NCBI GenBank assembly: GCA_964636795.1
Contig: CAZWSS010000001.1
Location: forward strand, 1-29,106
DNA: 29,106 nt
DNA from: an uncultured Gammaproteobacteria bacterium
Lineage (GTDB): Bacteria; Patescibacteriota; Patescibacteriia; UBA9934; UBA11717
Reading direction: 5' to 3'
The notes beneath the pieces were generated by a model. The model saw only the letters and a list, made by a program, of their open reading frames with translations. It ran no database searches and had not been told where the DNA came from. Shown here in pieces: positions 15,938-23,602 of this stretch (the first letter of the stretch is position 1; each line of letters opens with the position of its first letter). The position numbers and the translations under genes were made by a program.

Positions 15938-16471
15938 ATGAGTATCGCGATGGGGTTTCTCATCGCGTTTTTGATCGTGTTATTGTTGGCAACGACGGTA
16001 ATGGTAGTCTTGGCGGCCACGATGTTTTCCGGCGCGCCGTGGGTGCCTACGCAGCGGTCGGTGGCCCGCGAGATGTGCAAGATGGCGGGACTCAAGTCGG
16101 GGAGCCACGTGCTGGATCTTGGTTGCGGCGATGGAGCGATCTTGCTCGTGGCCGCAAAAGAGTTCGGCGCTACCGGGGTTGGGATCGAGCTCAATCCGCT
16201 GTTGGTCGCCTGGGCTCGACTGCGTGCTCGCATGCAGGGTGTATCCGATCGGGTGCAGATCATACGCGGAAACATGTTCACGACTGCGTTGCCCGATGTG
16301 GACACTGTGATGCTCTACCTCCTCCCGCGCGCGATGCGGCGCATCGAGAGGCGCCTGAAGGAGCGTTACCCATCTTTGTGCGTGGTCTCAAATGGATTTG
16401 TGTTTGATACCCTTCAGCCAGCAGCCACTCTCGACATCGGAGAGGCGAACCTTCGACTGTATCGGTGGTGA
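15938..16471 (+). CDS. Class I SAM-dependent methyltransferase with N-terminal TM helix
   Basis: GAPWVPT, VLDLGCGDG and GIELNP motifs. Confidence 0.88.
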   Translation: MSIAMGFLIAFLIVLLLATTVMVVLAATMFSGAPWVPTQRSVAREMCKMAGLKSGSHVLDLGCGDGAILLVAAKEFGATGVGIELNPLLVAWARLRARMQGVSDRVQIIRGNMFTTALPDVDTVMLYLLPRAMRRIERRLKERYPSLCVVSNGFVFDTLQPAATLDIGEANLRLYRW

Positions 16472-16649
16472 TGGGGGATAGTGGCGGGCGGACAGGAAAA
16501 ACGCCAATGGGATTGATGGGTGTGTCGAGGGTAGGAAAAAGTGATGGGCTCGTGAAGTAAGGGGGATTGTTGATCGCCAAGATGTTTCCTGAATGGCCCC
16601 CATCAAGCTCGCTTTGCAACATTTGCCCAATCTGGGAGGAGAATTGCCC

Positions 16650-16658
16650 TGTGGATAA
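16650..16658 (-). promoter_or_regulatory. Perfect DnaA box
   Basis: TGTGGATAA, intergenic. Confidence 0.5.
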
Positions 16659-16660
16659 TC

Positions 16661-16688
16661 ACAGTAACTCGTACGTGCGAGTTATTGT
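16661..16688. repeat. Palindrome overlapping the stop of the PaaX/Cas2-like gene
   Basis: ACAGTAACTCG-tacgtg-CGAGTTATTGT (10 of 11 bp complementary). Confidence 0.6.
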
Positions 16689-17260
16689 GACAGTTCTTGA
16701 GTAACAAAAACAGTAACGGCTCTTTCCAGGTGGCACTGTGTGATGAGCTGGCGTAGCGCTCCAGCCACATCTTTCCGACTCCGCCAGAGGCTATAGTGAA
16801 CAAGGGTAAAGCCGACTGCTTTCAGAAAGGAACGCAGGGCATCCCGCTGCGCATTGCCGTGTACGGGGATATCAAAAGAGACGTAACAGTAAAACCCTTC
16901 CTCGAGCTCGCGTTCTTCGCGCAGGATTTGTTGACGCATGGCTTCCACCTTCCCGGCCTCGGTGAGCATATAGTGGACGCCATCGCTCGTGGCGATCGCC
17001 TCCACCAACCGCCGACGTTTCAGTCGAAGGATCGCCTGCTGCTCCTGCCGCACATACTCACGCAGTTGATCATGCCAGGCGCGGTCTTGCTCGCGCGATA
17101 CGGTGGTAAACGGCCAGCCGCGCACTCCGCGGTAGGTTGCCACGCCTACCGCCAACAACTCCAACAACACGTCTGCCGACACAGTGATTGAGGCAAGACG
17201 GCGCGTAGCTCGCTGCTTGGCGCGCGAACGCTCGTGTTTTGTGAGATGAACTTCCACCAT
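16682..17260 (-). CDS. PaaX-like winged-helix regulator with C-terminal Cas2-like domain (192 aa)
   Basis: wHTH-like AILRLKRRRLV...YMLTEAGK; C-terminal YVSFDIP...RDALRSFLKAVGF...SLW. Start 17260 with TGgTACCAT-6 nt-ATG. Confidence 0.8.
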   Translation of the reverse strand: MVEVHLTKHERSRAKQRATRRLASITVSADVLLELLAVGVATYRGVRGWPFTTVSREQDRAWHDQLREYVRQEQQAILRLKRRRLVEAIATSDGVHYMLTEAGKVEAMRQQILREERELEEGFYCYVSFDIPVHGNAQRDALRSFLKAVGFTLVHYSLWRSRKDVAGALRQLITQCHLERAVTVFVTQELSQ

Positions 17261-17359
17261 GTTCCCATGGTACCAAACGAGACCATTTGGCTGCGTTCTG
17301 TCAAGCCCACACCCGCACTTGTCAACACGCCATCCCCACATGGGAGGCCAAAACGGCTG

Positions 17360-17368
17360 TGCTATAAT
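17360..17368 (+). promoter_or_regulatory. Consensus extended -10 promoter
   Basis: TGcTATAAT, 13 nt before ATG 17382. Confidence 0.7.
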
Positions 17369-17381
17369 CCTCCCATTCGCC

Positions 17382-17972
17382 ATGCCAACCTCCTCCAAAG
17401 AAATCGTCTTGGACATTGAGACCCAAAACACCTTCGAGGAGGTTGGTGGGTGGTTCCATGACCGCCTCCGCATCTCGCTGGTGGGGGCCTATTTTTATGA
17501 GACCGACGAGTATGCCACCTACTTGGAGCCGGATCTTCCCAAGCTCTGGCCGCGCTTGGAGCGCGCCGACCGAATCATCGGCTACAACCAAAAAAGCTTC
17601 GACAACCCGGTCATGAACAACTACTATGCGGGTGATCTCAACCGTCTTCCGCAGCTGGACTTGCTGGAGCAGATCCAGCTCTCGCTGGGCTATCGCGTCA
17701 AACTTGACGACGTGGCGCACGCAACCCTTGGCATGGGCAAGACGGGGCATGGCCTGCAGGCGGTGGAGTTTTGGAAGGAGGGCAAGATCAAAGAATTGGC
17801 GGACTACTGTCTCCAAGATGTTCGGATCACCAAGGAGGTCTATGAGTTTGCGCGGGCAAACGGGCTCGTTCGCTTTCGCGATCGCATGGGAGCCATCCAC
17901 GATGTCCCGCTGGCGATCGAGGGCCCGTCGCGGCAAGCGGTTTCGTCCATCAATCTCACGATGCCGTTCTAG
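17382..17972 (+). CDS. DEDD/RNase H-like 3'-5' exonuclease (YprB-like, 196 aa)
   Basis: VLDIETQ (ExoI), IGYNQKSFD (ExoII) and YCLQDV (ExoIII) motifs. Confidence 0.88.
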   Translation: MPTSSKEIVLDIETQNTFEEVGGWFHDRLRISLVGAYFYETDEYATYLEPDLPKLWPRLERADRIIGYNQKSFDNPVMNNYYAGDLNRLPQLDLLEQIQLSLGYRVKLDDVAHATLGMGKTGHGLQAVEFWKEGKIKELADYCLQDVRITKEVYEFARANGLVRFRDRMGAIHDVPLAIEGPSRQAVSSINLTMPF

Positions 17973-18071
17973 TGGATGGGGGTGCGCGTGGGTGGCGAGA
18001 GCGCTCGCCCTCCGCGCGTGCCGTACTTATCCCCAGTTTGCGGGTTGTGCGACACAACCAGTCACTCCCAA

Positions 18072-18119
18072 ACCCTACATCTTGTGGTATCCTCAAAATT
18101 GGAGCACAAGATATGGGAC
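18072..18119 (+). promoter_or_regulatory. Tandem NrdR boxes overlapping the nrdJ extended -10
   Basis: accCtAcATcTtGtgg (18072-18087) and gcaCaAgATaTgGgac (18104-18119), 32 bp start-to-start; TGgTATCCT at 18085-18093. Confidence 0.8.
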
Positions 18120-18147
18120 TCCTCATAACTTTGCGACTCCTCTCTGT

Positions 18148-18281
18148 GGTCCCCGCTCGCGGGGAAAAGGGACGAACAGTCGCGCCGCTGAATTGAATTT
18201 CGGCAGAGCTCTGATGCGGGATAGGGCTTTGGTGAATTTCAAAGGTTCAAACGGCGAGAGCTGTTTTGTTCCCCTCGGGGA
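18148..18281 (+). ncRNA. Candidate structured cis-regulatory RNA in the nrdJ leader
   Basis: Hand-folded multibranch structure: 18169-18179 pairs with 18261-18272, 18183-18187 with 18252-18256, two inner hairpins each containing TGAATTTC, and flanking CTCG-loop hairpins. Confidence 0.45.
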
Positions 18282-18307
18282 GCCGTAACACATAAACAGA
18301 ACCCTCT

Positions 18308-21300
18308 ATGTCCACCACCTCTCAACGCACACAGGACTTGGCCGCCGGTTCGGCGGATGCGGTCTGGGCTTATATGACCAGTGTGAAGTCCGTCAAAAAA
18401 GCCAAGGGTCATGAGGAGCCATTTTCCAAAGAGAAGTTGTACAGGTCCATCCAGGCCGCCGTGCAAGAGTCGGGGCTCAAGGATGGCTCGGCTCTGCGCT
18501 ACAGTGAGCGCATGACCGGGCAGGTCATGACGCGGCTGAACGTAGTCTACGATGGGGTGGTGGTACCCACCACAGGTGACATGCGTGAGGTGGTCTCCAT
18601 GACCATGATTGACAACAATCTATCGTTTGTGGCGCGTAAGTACATGGGCTACAAGCAAAAGTTGCTCCCCATCCACCGCGATCAGCCCCACTATGGCCAC
18701 GGCATCTCCGTGAGGCGCTATTACACTGCCGTCGGTGTGCATCCTTATAGTCAGATTGAGTGGGGTCGGCGCACGGCGTGGATCAAGGACGAGAAGGGGC
18801 GCGCGATTTTTGAACAGCATGACGTGGAAGTCCCTGCGTTTTGGTCGCAGACAGCTACCAACATTGTGGTCTCCAAGTATTTCAAGGGGAAGGTCGGCGA
18901 TCCCAACCGAGAGACCAGTGCGCGCCAGTTGATTGACCGTGTCGCTCAAACCATCGCCAGCTTTGGTCGCCACGATGGTTACTTCCAGTCGGTCGAGGAC
19001 GCCGATGTCTTTGAAGCCGAGCTCACCCACATCCTCATCAACCAAATGGCGGCCTTCAACAGCCCTGTGTGGTTCAACGTGGGCGTCAACCCGCATCCGC
19101 AGTGCTCGGCCTGCTTCATCAACTCGGTGCAAGACGACATGCGCTCCATCATGAACCTTGCCACCACCGAGTCCATGCTTTTTAAGTACGGCTCGGGCAC
19201 AGGTTCCAATCTCTCCAACCTTCGTGGTTCCTGCGAATACTTGGCCAACTCCAACGGCAAGTCCTCGGGCGTGGTGAGTTTCATGAAGGGTTGGGATAGC
19301 TTTGCGGGTATTGTCAAATCCGGCGGCAAGACGCGCCGTGCAGCCAAGATGGTGATTTTGAATGTGGACCACCCGGATGTGATGGAGTTTATCGAGTGCA
19401 AGATGAAGGAAGAGAAAAAGGCATGGGCGCTCATTGAAGCGGGCTACGATGGGTCGTTCACCGGCGAGGCCTACGGATCGATCTTCTTCCAAAACGCCAA
19501 CAACAGCGTGCGCGTCACGGATGCTTTTATGCGCACGGTAGAGGCAGACGGGGAGTTTTCAACGATCGAACGGCTCACGGGGAAGGTGGCAGAGACCCAT
19601 AAGGCACGCGAGCTCATGCGGCGCATGGCCGAGTGCGCGTGGTGGTGCGGCGACCCGGGGGTGCAGTACCACGATACCGCCAACCGGTGGCATACCTGCA
19701 AGGCCACCGACGAGATCCACGCCTCCAACCCATGCGCCGAGTACATGTTTTTAGACGACACGGCCTGCAACCTCTCCTCCATCAACCTGCTGCGCTTCCG
19801 CACGGGGGAGAACGGCGAACGCTTTGATGTGGAAAGCTTCAAGCAAACCTGTGAGGTGATGATCACGGCCATGGAAATCTTGGTGGGCAACTGCAGCTAT
19901 CCCACGCCCTCGATCGAGCAAAACACCTATGACTACCGCCCGCTCGGGATCGGCTATGCCAACTTGGGCGCACTGCTGATGAGCCGCGGATTGCCATACG
20001 ACTCGGATGCCGGACGAAATTTGGCGGCGGCTATCACATCCTTAATGAGTGGTCACACGTACTACCAAAGCGCCAAGATTGCCGAGAAGATGGGTCCGTT
20101 CGCGGGCTACGAGCGCAACCGTGAGTCATGTTTGGGCGTGATGCGTATGCACCGCGAGGCGTCGTATCAGATTCCCGGGGAAGGGGTGCCGCAAGACCTC
20201 ATGACCGCTGCGCGAGAGAGTTGGGATCACACGGTGGAGCACGGTTCGCGCCATGGACTGCGCAACGCACAGATCAGTGTGCTGGCACCCACGGGCACCA
20301 TCTCGTTTTTGATGGACTGCGCAACAACCGGCGTTGAGCCCGACATTGCGCTCGTCAAGTACAAATGGATGGTGGACGGGGGCATGGAGAAGATGGTCAA
20401 CGGCACGGTGCCCGATGCTCTGCGATTTCTTGGGTATACACAGGGACAGGTTGATGCGATCGTGGCCTCTATCGCTGAACACGATACCATCGAGGGCGCG
20501 CCCGATCTTAAGGCCGAGCATCTCTCTGTGTTTGACTGCGCCTTCAAGGCGGCTAAGGGTACGCGATCCATCCACTACATGGGCCATGTGCGCATGATGG
20601 CGGCGGTGCAGCCGTTCCTCTCGGGAGCCATCTCCAAGACGGTCAACATGCCCGAGAACGCTACGGTGGAGGACATTGAGGAAGTGTTTTTGAAGGGATG
20701 GCACATGGGGTTGAAGGCGATCGCGATTTATCGCGACGGTTCCAAGCGACAGCAACCTGTCACCACCTCGATTGCCCAAAAGGAAAAAGGAGCCAAGGCT
20801 GTGGGGACAGGACTCGACGCTAAAGACGAGCCGGCGGCGGAGGCGATCAAGGAACGGGTGATCATAAAGGAGGTTGCGGCGCCACGACGACGACGCCTCC
20901 CCGACGAGCGACGATCGATCACACATAAGTTCTCGATTGGTGGCCATAAGGGCTACCTCACCGTGGGGCTCTATGACGATGGTACGCCAGGAGAGGTCTT
21001 TGTGATGATGAACAAGGAAGGATCGGTGATTTCCGGGTTGGTCAACGCGCTTGCAGCAACCACCTCCATCGCTTTGCAGTATGGAGTGCCCTTGCAGGCG
21101 TTGGTTAACAAGTTTGCGCACATGCGCTTTGAACCCTCGGGATTTACCAACAACCCTAACATCAAAATTGCCAAGTCCATTGTGGACTATATTTTCCGCT
21201 GGATGGCGCTCAAGTTCTTGGATCCTGTTGCGCAAAAGCAACTTGGTGTTAACCTGGATACGCCCGATCACTTGGCTGAGATCAACGAACGTTCCAAGGA

Positions 21301-21535
21301 AGAGATGGTACTCGATCGCGATCTGCCCGATGCGCCGCAGCCGACGATCTTTGATCAGCCCAAGGTCGCTGCAACAACCGCGGGGTCGTTACCCACACCC
21401 GCCAAAGCGTCCTTGACCTCGACCTTCGACAATCAATCCGACGCGCCCGCTTGCGGCACTTGCGGCTCGATCATGGTTCGCAACGCCGCTTGCTACAAGT
21501 GTTTGAACTGCGGCAGCACGAGCGGGTGTAGTTAG
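18308..21535 (+). CDS. nrdJ: Class II (AdoCbl-dependent) ribonucleotide reductase with N-terminal ATP-cone and C-terminal TSCPD/Zn-ribbon
   Basis: FNSPVWFN, QCSACFI, NPCAEY, APTGTISF, GAISKTVN, YRDGSK and terminal CxxC...CxxC motifs. Confidence 0.95.
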   Translation: MSTTSQRTQDLAAGSADAVWAYMTSVKSVKKAKGHEEPFSKEKLYRSIQAAVQESGLKDGSALRYSERMTGQVMTRLNVVYDGVVVPTTGDMREVVSMTMIDNNLSFVARKYMGYKQKLLPIHRDQPHYGHGISVRRYYTAVGVHPYSQIEWGRRTAWIKDEKGRAIFEQHDVEVPAFWSQTATNIVVSKYFKGKVGDPNRETSARQLIDRVAQTIASFGRHDGYFQSVEDADVFEAELTHILINQMAAFNSPVWFNVGVNPHPQCSACFINSVQDDMRSIMNLATTESMLFKYGSGTGSNLSNLRGSCEYLANSNGKSSGVVSFMKGWDSFAGIVKSGGKTRRAAKMVILNVDHPDVMEFIECKMKEEKKAWALIEAGYDGSFTGEAYGSIFFQNANNSVRVTDAFMRTVEADGEFSTIERLTGKVAETHKARELMRRMAECAWWCGDPGVQYHDTANRWHTCKATDEIHASNPCAEYMFLDDTACNLSSINLLRFRTGENGERFDVESFKQTCEVMITAMEILVGNCSYPTPSIEQNTYDYRPLGIGYANLGALLMSRGLPYDSDAGRNLAAAITSLMSGHTYYQSAKIAEKMGPFAGYERNRESCLGVMRMHREASYQIPGEGVPQDLMTAARESWDHTVEHGSRHGLRNAQISVLAPTGTISFLMDCATTGVEPDIALVKYKWMVDGGMEKMVNGTVPDALRFLGYTQGQVDAIVASIAEHDTIEGAPDLKAEHLSVFDCAFKAAKGTRSIHYMGHVRMMAAVQPFLSGAISKTVNMPENATVEDIEEVFLKGWHMGLKAIAIYRDGSKRQQPVTTSIAQKEKGAKAVGTGLDAKDEPAAEAIKERVIIKEVAAPRRRRLPDERRSITHKFSIGGHKGYLTVGLYDDGTPGEVFVMMNKEGSVISGLVNALAATTSIALQYGVPLQALVNKFAHMRFEPSGFTNNPNIKIAKSIVDYIFRWMALKFLDPVAQKQLGVNLDTPDHLAEINERSKEEMVLDRDLPDAPQPTIFDQPKVAATTAGSLPTPAKASLTSTFDNQSDAPACGTCGSIMVRNAACYKCLNCGSTSGCS

Positions 21536-22326
21536 GATTGGGGAGACCGCGCCGTGTGAACCATGGAGCGGTCAAAGTACGACGGTTCGTCCGGAGCGGC
21601 AAAGAAAACGATCGCCCACCGTGCGGCATCCGGGCGGAACGCGTCCTCGGTTCTTTGCACAACGTCGTGCCACGAGGCGGGAAAATCGCCATGGGTCTTT
21701 TGCTCCATGAACAGAGCAGGGAAAAAGATGGCTTTGCCAGGGGTGTGTGTTACCTCGCGGACGTCTTCCGGTTGGTGGCCGATACGCAGCCCCGGTCCGC
21801 TTTCCGCAATGGCAAGCGAGCACCCGCCTCGATCATAGTGACCTTTTGCAAGGAATTGCCCCACTGGCGCTCGGTCGTACTTCAAAAAGCGCAGGACGCT
21901 TCGGGAAGAAAAAAGGTTTGCAATGGCGGGGTAGACCGGCTCAAGGACGTTCAAGACGTTGACCGCGGCTTGGCAAGCGGCGTGGTAAATGGGTTGGGCT
22001 GCGTCAAGCAATGCCTTGAGTTCCGGTGGAGCTTCCGGGTGGTTCCGGAAACGACTGAGGAGCTCTGCGTTGTAATGAAAGAATTCTTTGTCATCGTAGC
22101 CGAAGCCGGTAACGGATTGCCGTTGCCAGTAGCCAATCTCCGTTCCGCGCTCCGTCTCGTTGACCTTCAAGTGAAGCGCCCACTTCAACTTTTTGCCTTC
22201 AGGAAGGGCGAGAAAGTCAAAGTACGCCTCTGCAGCCCGCTTGATCTGTGTGAGCGGGACATCAAACGGAACCTCGTGATATCCTTTTTCCGCGATGTTT
22301 TCCTGAAGCTGTCTGACAGTGATCAT
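21532..22326 (-). CDS. 2OG-Fe(II) oxygenase (IPNS-like fold, 264 aa)
   Basis: LRFLKY, HYD (HxD), WH and RWAIVFF motifs. Start re-picked at 22326 (TGcTATCGT-7 nt-ATG). Confidence 0.8.
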   Translation of the reverse strand: MITVRQLQENIAEKGYHEVPFDVPLTQIKRAAEAYFDFLALPEGKKLKWALHLKVNETERGTEIGYWQRQSVTGFGYDDKEFFHYNAELLSRFRNHPEAPPELKALLDAAQPIYHAACQAAVNVLNVLEPVYPAIANLFSSRSVLRFLKYDRAPVGQFLAKGHYDRGGCSLAIAESGPGLRIGHQPEDVREVTHTPGKAIFFPALFMEQKTHGDFPASWHDVVQRTEDAFRPDAARWAIVFFAAPDEPSYFDRSMVHTARSPQS

Positions 22327-22419
22327 GCTCGCTACGATAGCAAAGTGGCTCGAATCTGACGAACGCCCACTCTTACCAATCACAAGAACGTGTACGTACG
22401 TCATTTGTGTGATCGCTCT

Positions 22420-23016
22420 ATGCCCACCCCATTCATTGATCGTCCCACAACGCCCGAGCTGGATGTACGCATCAAGGGGCGGCAGGGGTTGGGATTGGTG
22501 CAGTTGTTTGAAGGGCATGGGAAGGGCAAGACCACGGCGGCCATTGGTTCGATCGTTCGAATGGTGGGGGCGGGGAAGCGCGCGGCGATGATCTATTTTG
22601 ACAAGGGCGGAGATCACTACAGCGAGCGTGCCGTGTTTGATCGTCTTGGCGGGGACTGGTTTGCTTTCGGACGCGATCGGATTGATCCCATCACAGGACG
22701 CTTTGATTTCTCCGTGACGGAAGAAGACCGAGAGCTTGGAGCGCGCGCCATCGAGAAAATGCATGAGCTGTTCCTCTTGGACCTCTACGACCTCTTGGTC
22801 TTAGATGAAGTTAACTCCAGCTGTGCACTTGGGTTTGTGAGCGAGGCGGCGGTTCTTGAGCTGCTCGACTGTAAGCCTGACCGTCTTGAGCTGATTTTGA
22901 CAGGACGCAATGCGCCGGAGTTCTTTAGACAGCGCGCCCACTTGGTGACCGAGATGCAATTGGTGAAGCACTATTTTTACTCGGGGGTGAAAGCGCGTGC
23001 TGGCGTGGATTTCTAG
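22420..23016 (+). CDS. btuR: Cob(I)alamin adenosyltransferase, CobA/BtuR/CobO type
   Basis: GHGKGKTTAAIG P-loop, YDLLVLDEV, ELILTGR and VTEMQLVKH motifs. Confidence 0.92.
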   Translation: MPTPFIDRPTTPELDVRIKGRQGLGLVQLFEGHGKGKTTAAIGSIVRMVGAGKRAAMIYFDKGGDHYSERAVFDRLGGDWFAFGRDRIDPITGRFDFSVTEEDRELGARAIEKMHELFLLDLYDLLVLDEVNSSCALGFVSEAAVLELLDCKPDRLELILTGRNAPEFFRQRAHLVTEMQLVKHYFYSGVKARAGVDF

Positions 23017-23018
23017 CC

Positions 23019-23088
23019 GTCATTGCGAGGAGTGTAGCGACGAAGTAATCTTCACTCGCATAGATTGCTTCGCTTTGCTCGCAATGAC
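23019..23088. repeat. 70-bp palindromic element GTCATTGCGAG...CTCGCAATGAC
   Basis: Perfect 11-bp terminal inverted repeats plus inner gaagtaatc/gattgcttc arms; resembles a widespread non-autonomous REP/MITE-like element (from recall). Confidence 0.75.
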
Positions 23089-23119
23089 TTTTTCGGAGGA
23101 GTCCTGCTATACTTCCGGC

Positions 23120-23389
23120 ATGCCCAAACAAAAACTCACCTACGCTGAGCTCGACCATGACGTGCAGGCGCTCCAAACGACGCTCCAACGTATGCGCCGC
23201 GTGGGCGGCTTCACGGTGATCCAACGCCCGGGGCGATTCCTGTGGTTTCAGTTTCTCACGGGCATCATCCGCGGACTCGGGTCTGCCGTGGGAGCCGGAG
23301 TGATCTTGGCCGTGCTGCTCTACGTGGTGCACAAGTTGCCGTTTGTTCAACGCATCATTGACCTCATCAATAATCTGCCAACGCTTTAG
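23120..23389 (+). CDS. Small membrane protein, DUF5665-like (89 aa)
   Basis: FLWFQFLTGIIRGLGSAVGAGVIL hydrophobic motif; TGcTATACT-6 nt-ATG. Confidence 0.75.
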   Translation: MPKQKLTYAELDHDVQALQTTLQRMRRVGGFTVIQRPGRFLWFQFLTGIIRGLGSAVGAGVILAVLLYVVHKLPFVQRIIDLINNLPTL

Positions 23390-23416
23390 GGATAACAATC
23401 GCGGTCACGGAGTAGC

Positions 23417-23485
23417 TATTGGCTTCTGGCGATTGGCTATTTGCTTGACCGCCCTTCAAAAAGCTAAAAGCTAATCGCTAAAAGC
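23417..23485. repeat. Inverted heptamer array (nnTTGGC / nAAAAGC type)
   Basis: tattggc ttctggc gattggc tatttgc ... aaaaagc taaaagc taatcgc taaaagc. Confidence 0.75.
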
Positions 23486-23490
23486 GCCCC

Positions 23491-23523
23491 AAAACAAACA
23501 CCCCCGCCGGAAGCCGGAGGGGG
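23491..23523 (-). terminator. Intrinsic terminator of orphan 23603-25756
   Basis: Minus strand CCCCCtCCGG-ctt-CCGGcGGGGG followed by TGTTTGTTTT. Confidence 0.7.
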
Positions 23524-23602
23524 CGCATTCGTTTTTGGGTGAGAGGAGCTTGTGCCCGGCCTGGCGTGCATTGCGCGCGCCATGGCTTGTGGCCGGGTTG
23601 GC

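Noticed and set aside
2860-16658. Replication origin
   Set aside because: The DnaA boxes are single and kilobases apart, with no AT-rich unwinding element or dnaA/dnaN nearby.
16472-16660. Small ORFs or an ncRNA in the gap after the methyltransferase
   Set aside because: ORFs 16278-16622 and 16388-16630 overlap the methyltransferase and show no motifs or start signals; no convincing fold found by eye.
16682-17260. CRISPR-Cas locus suggested by the Cas2-like domain
   Set aside because: No cas1, effector genes or repeat-spacer array in the window; the protein has a PaaX-like wHTH fusion.
17299-17325. Two minus-strand TTGACA hexamers upstream of the PaaX-like gene as members of the orphan-cassette promoter class
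   Set aside because: Neither has a plausible -10 at 16-18 nt; the gene is better explained by the extended -10 at 17267-17275.
18148-18281. Canonical cobalamin riboswitch or hammerhead ribozyme
   Set aside because: No B12 box (GCCACUG...GGGAAG), the GGGA-to-T-loop spacing is too long, and CUGAUGC lacks the hammerhead CUGANGA/GAAA core. Kept only as an unclassified candidate.
18308-21535. Intein or intron in nrdJ
   Set aside because: Uninterrupted ORF with the RNR motifs in normal order; no intein splice motifs or LAGLIDADG blocks seen.
21538-22359. 273-aa plus-strand ORF
   Set aside because: Antisense to the motif-bearing 2OG-Fe(II) oxygenase.
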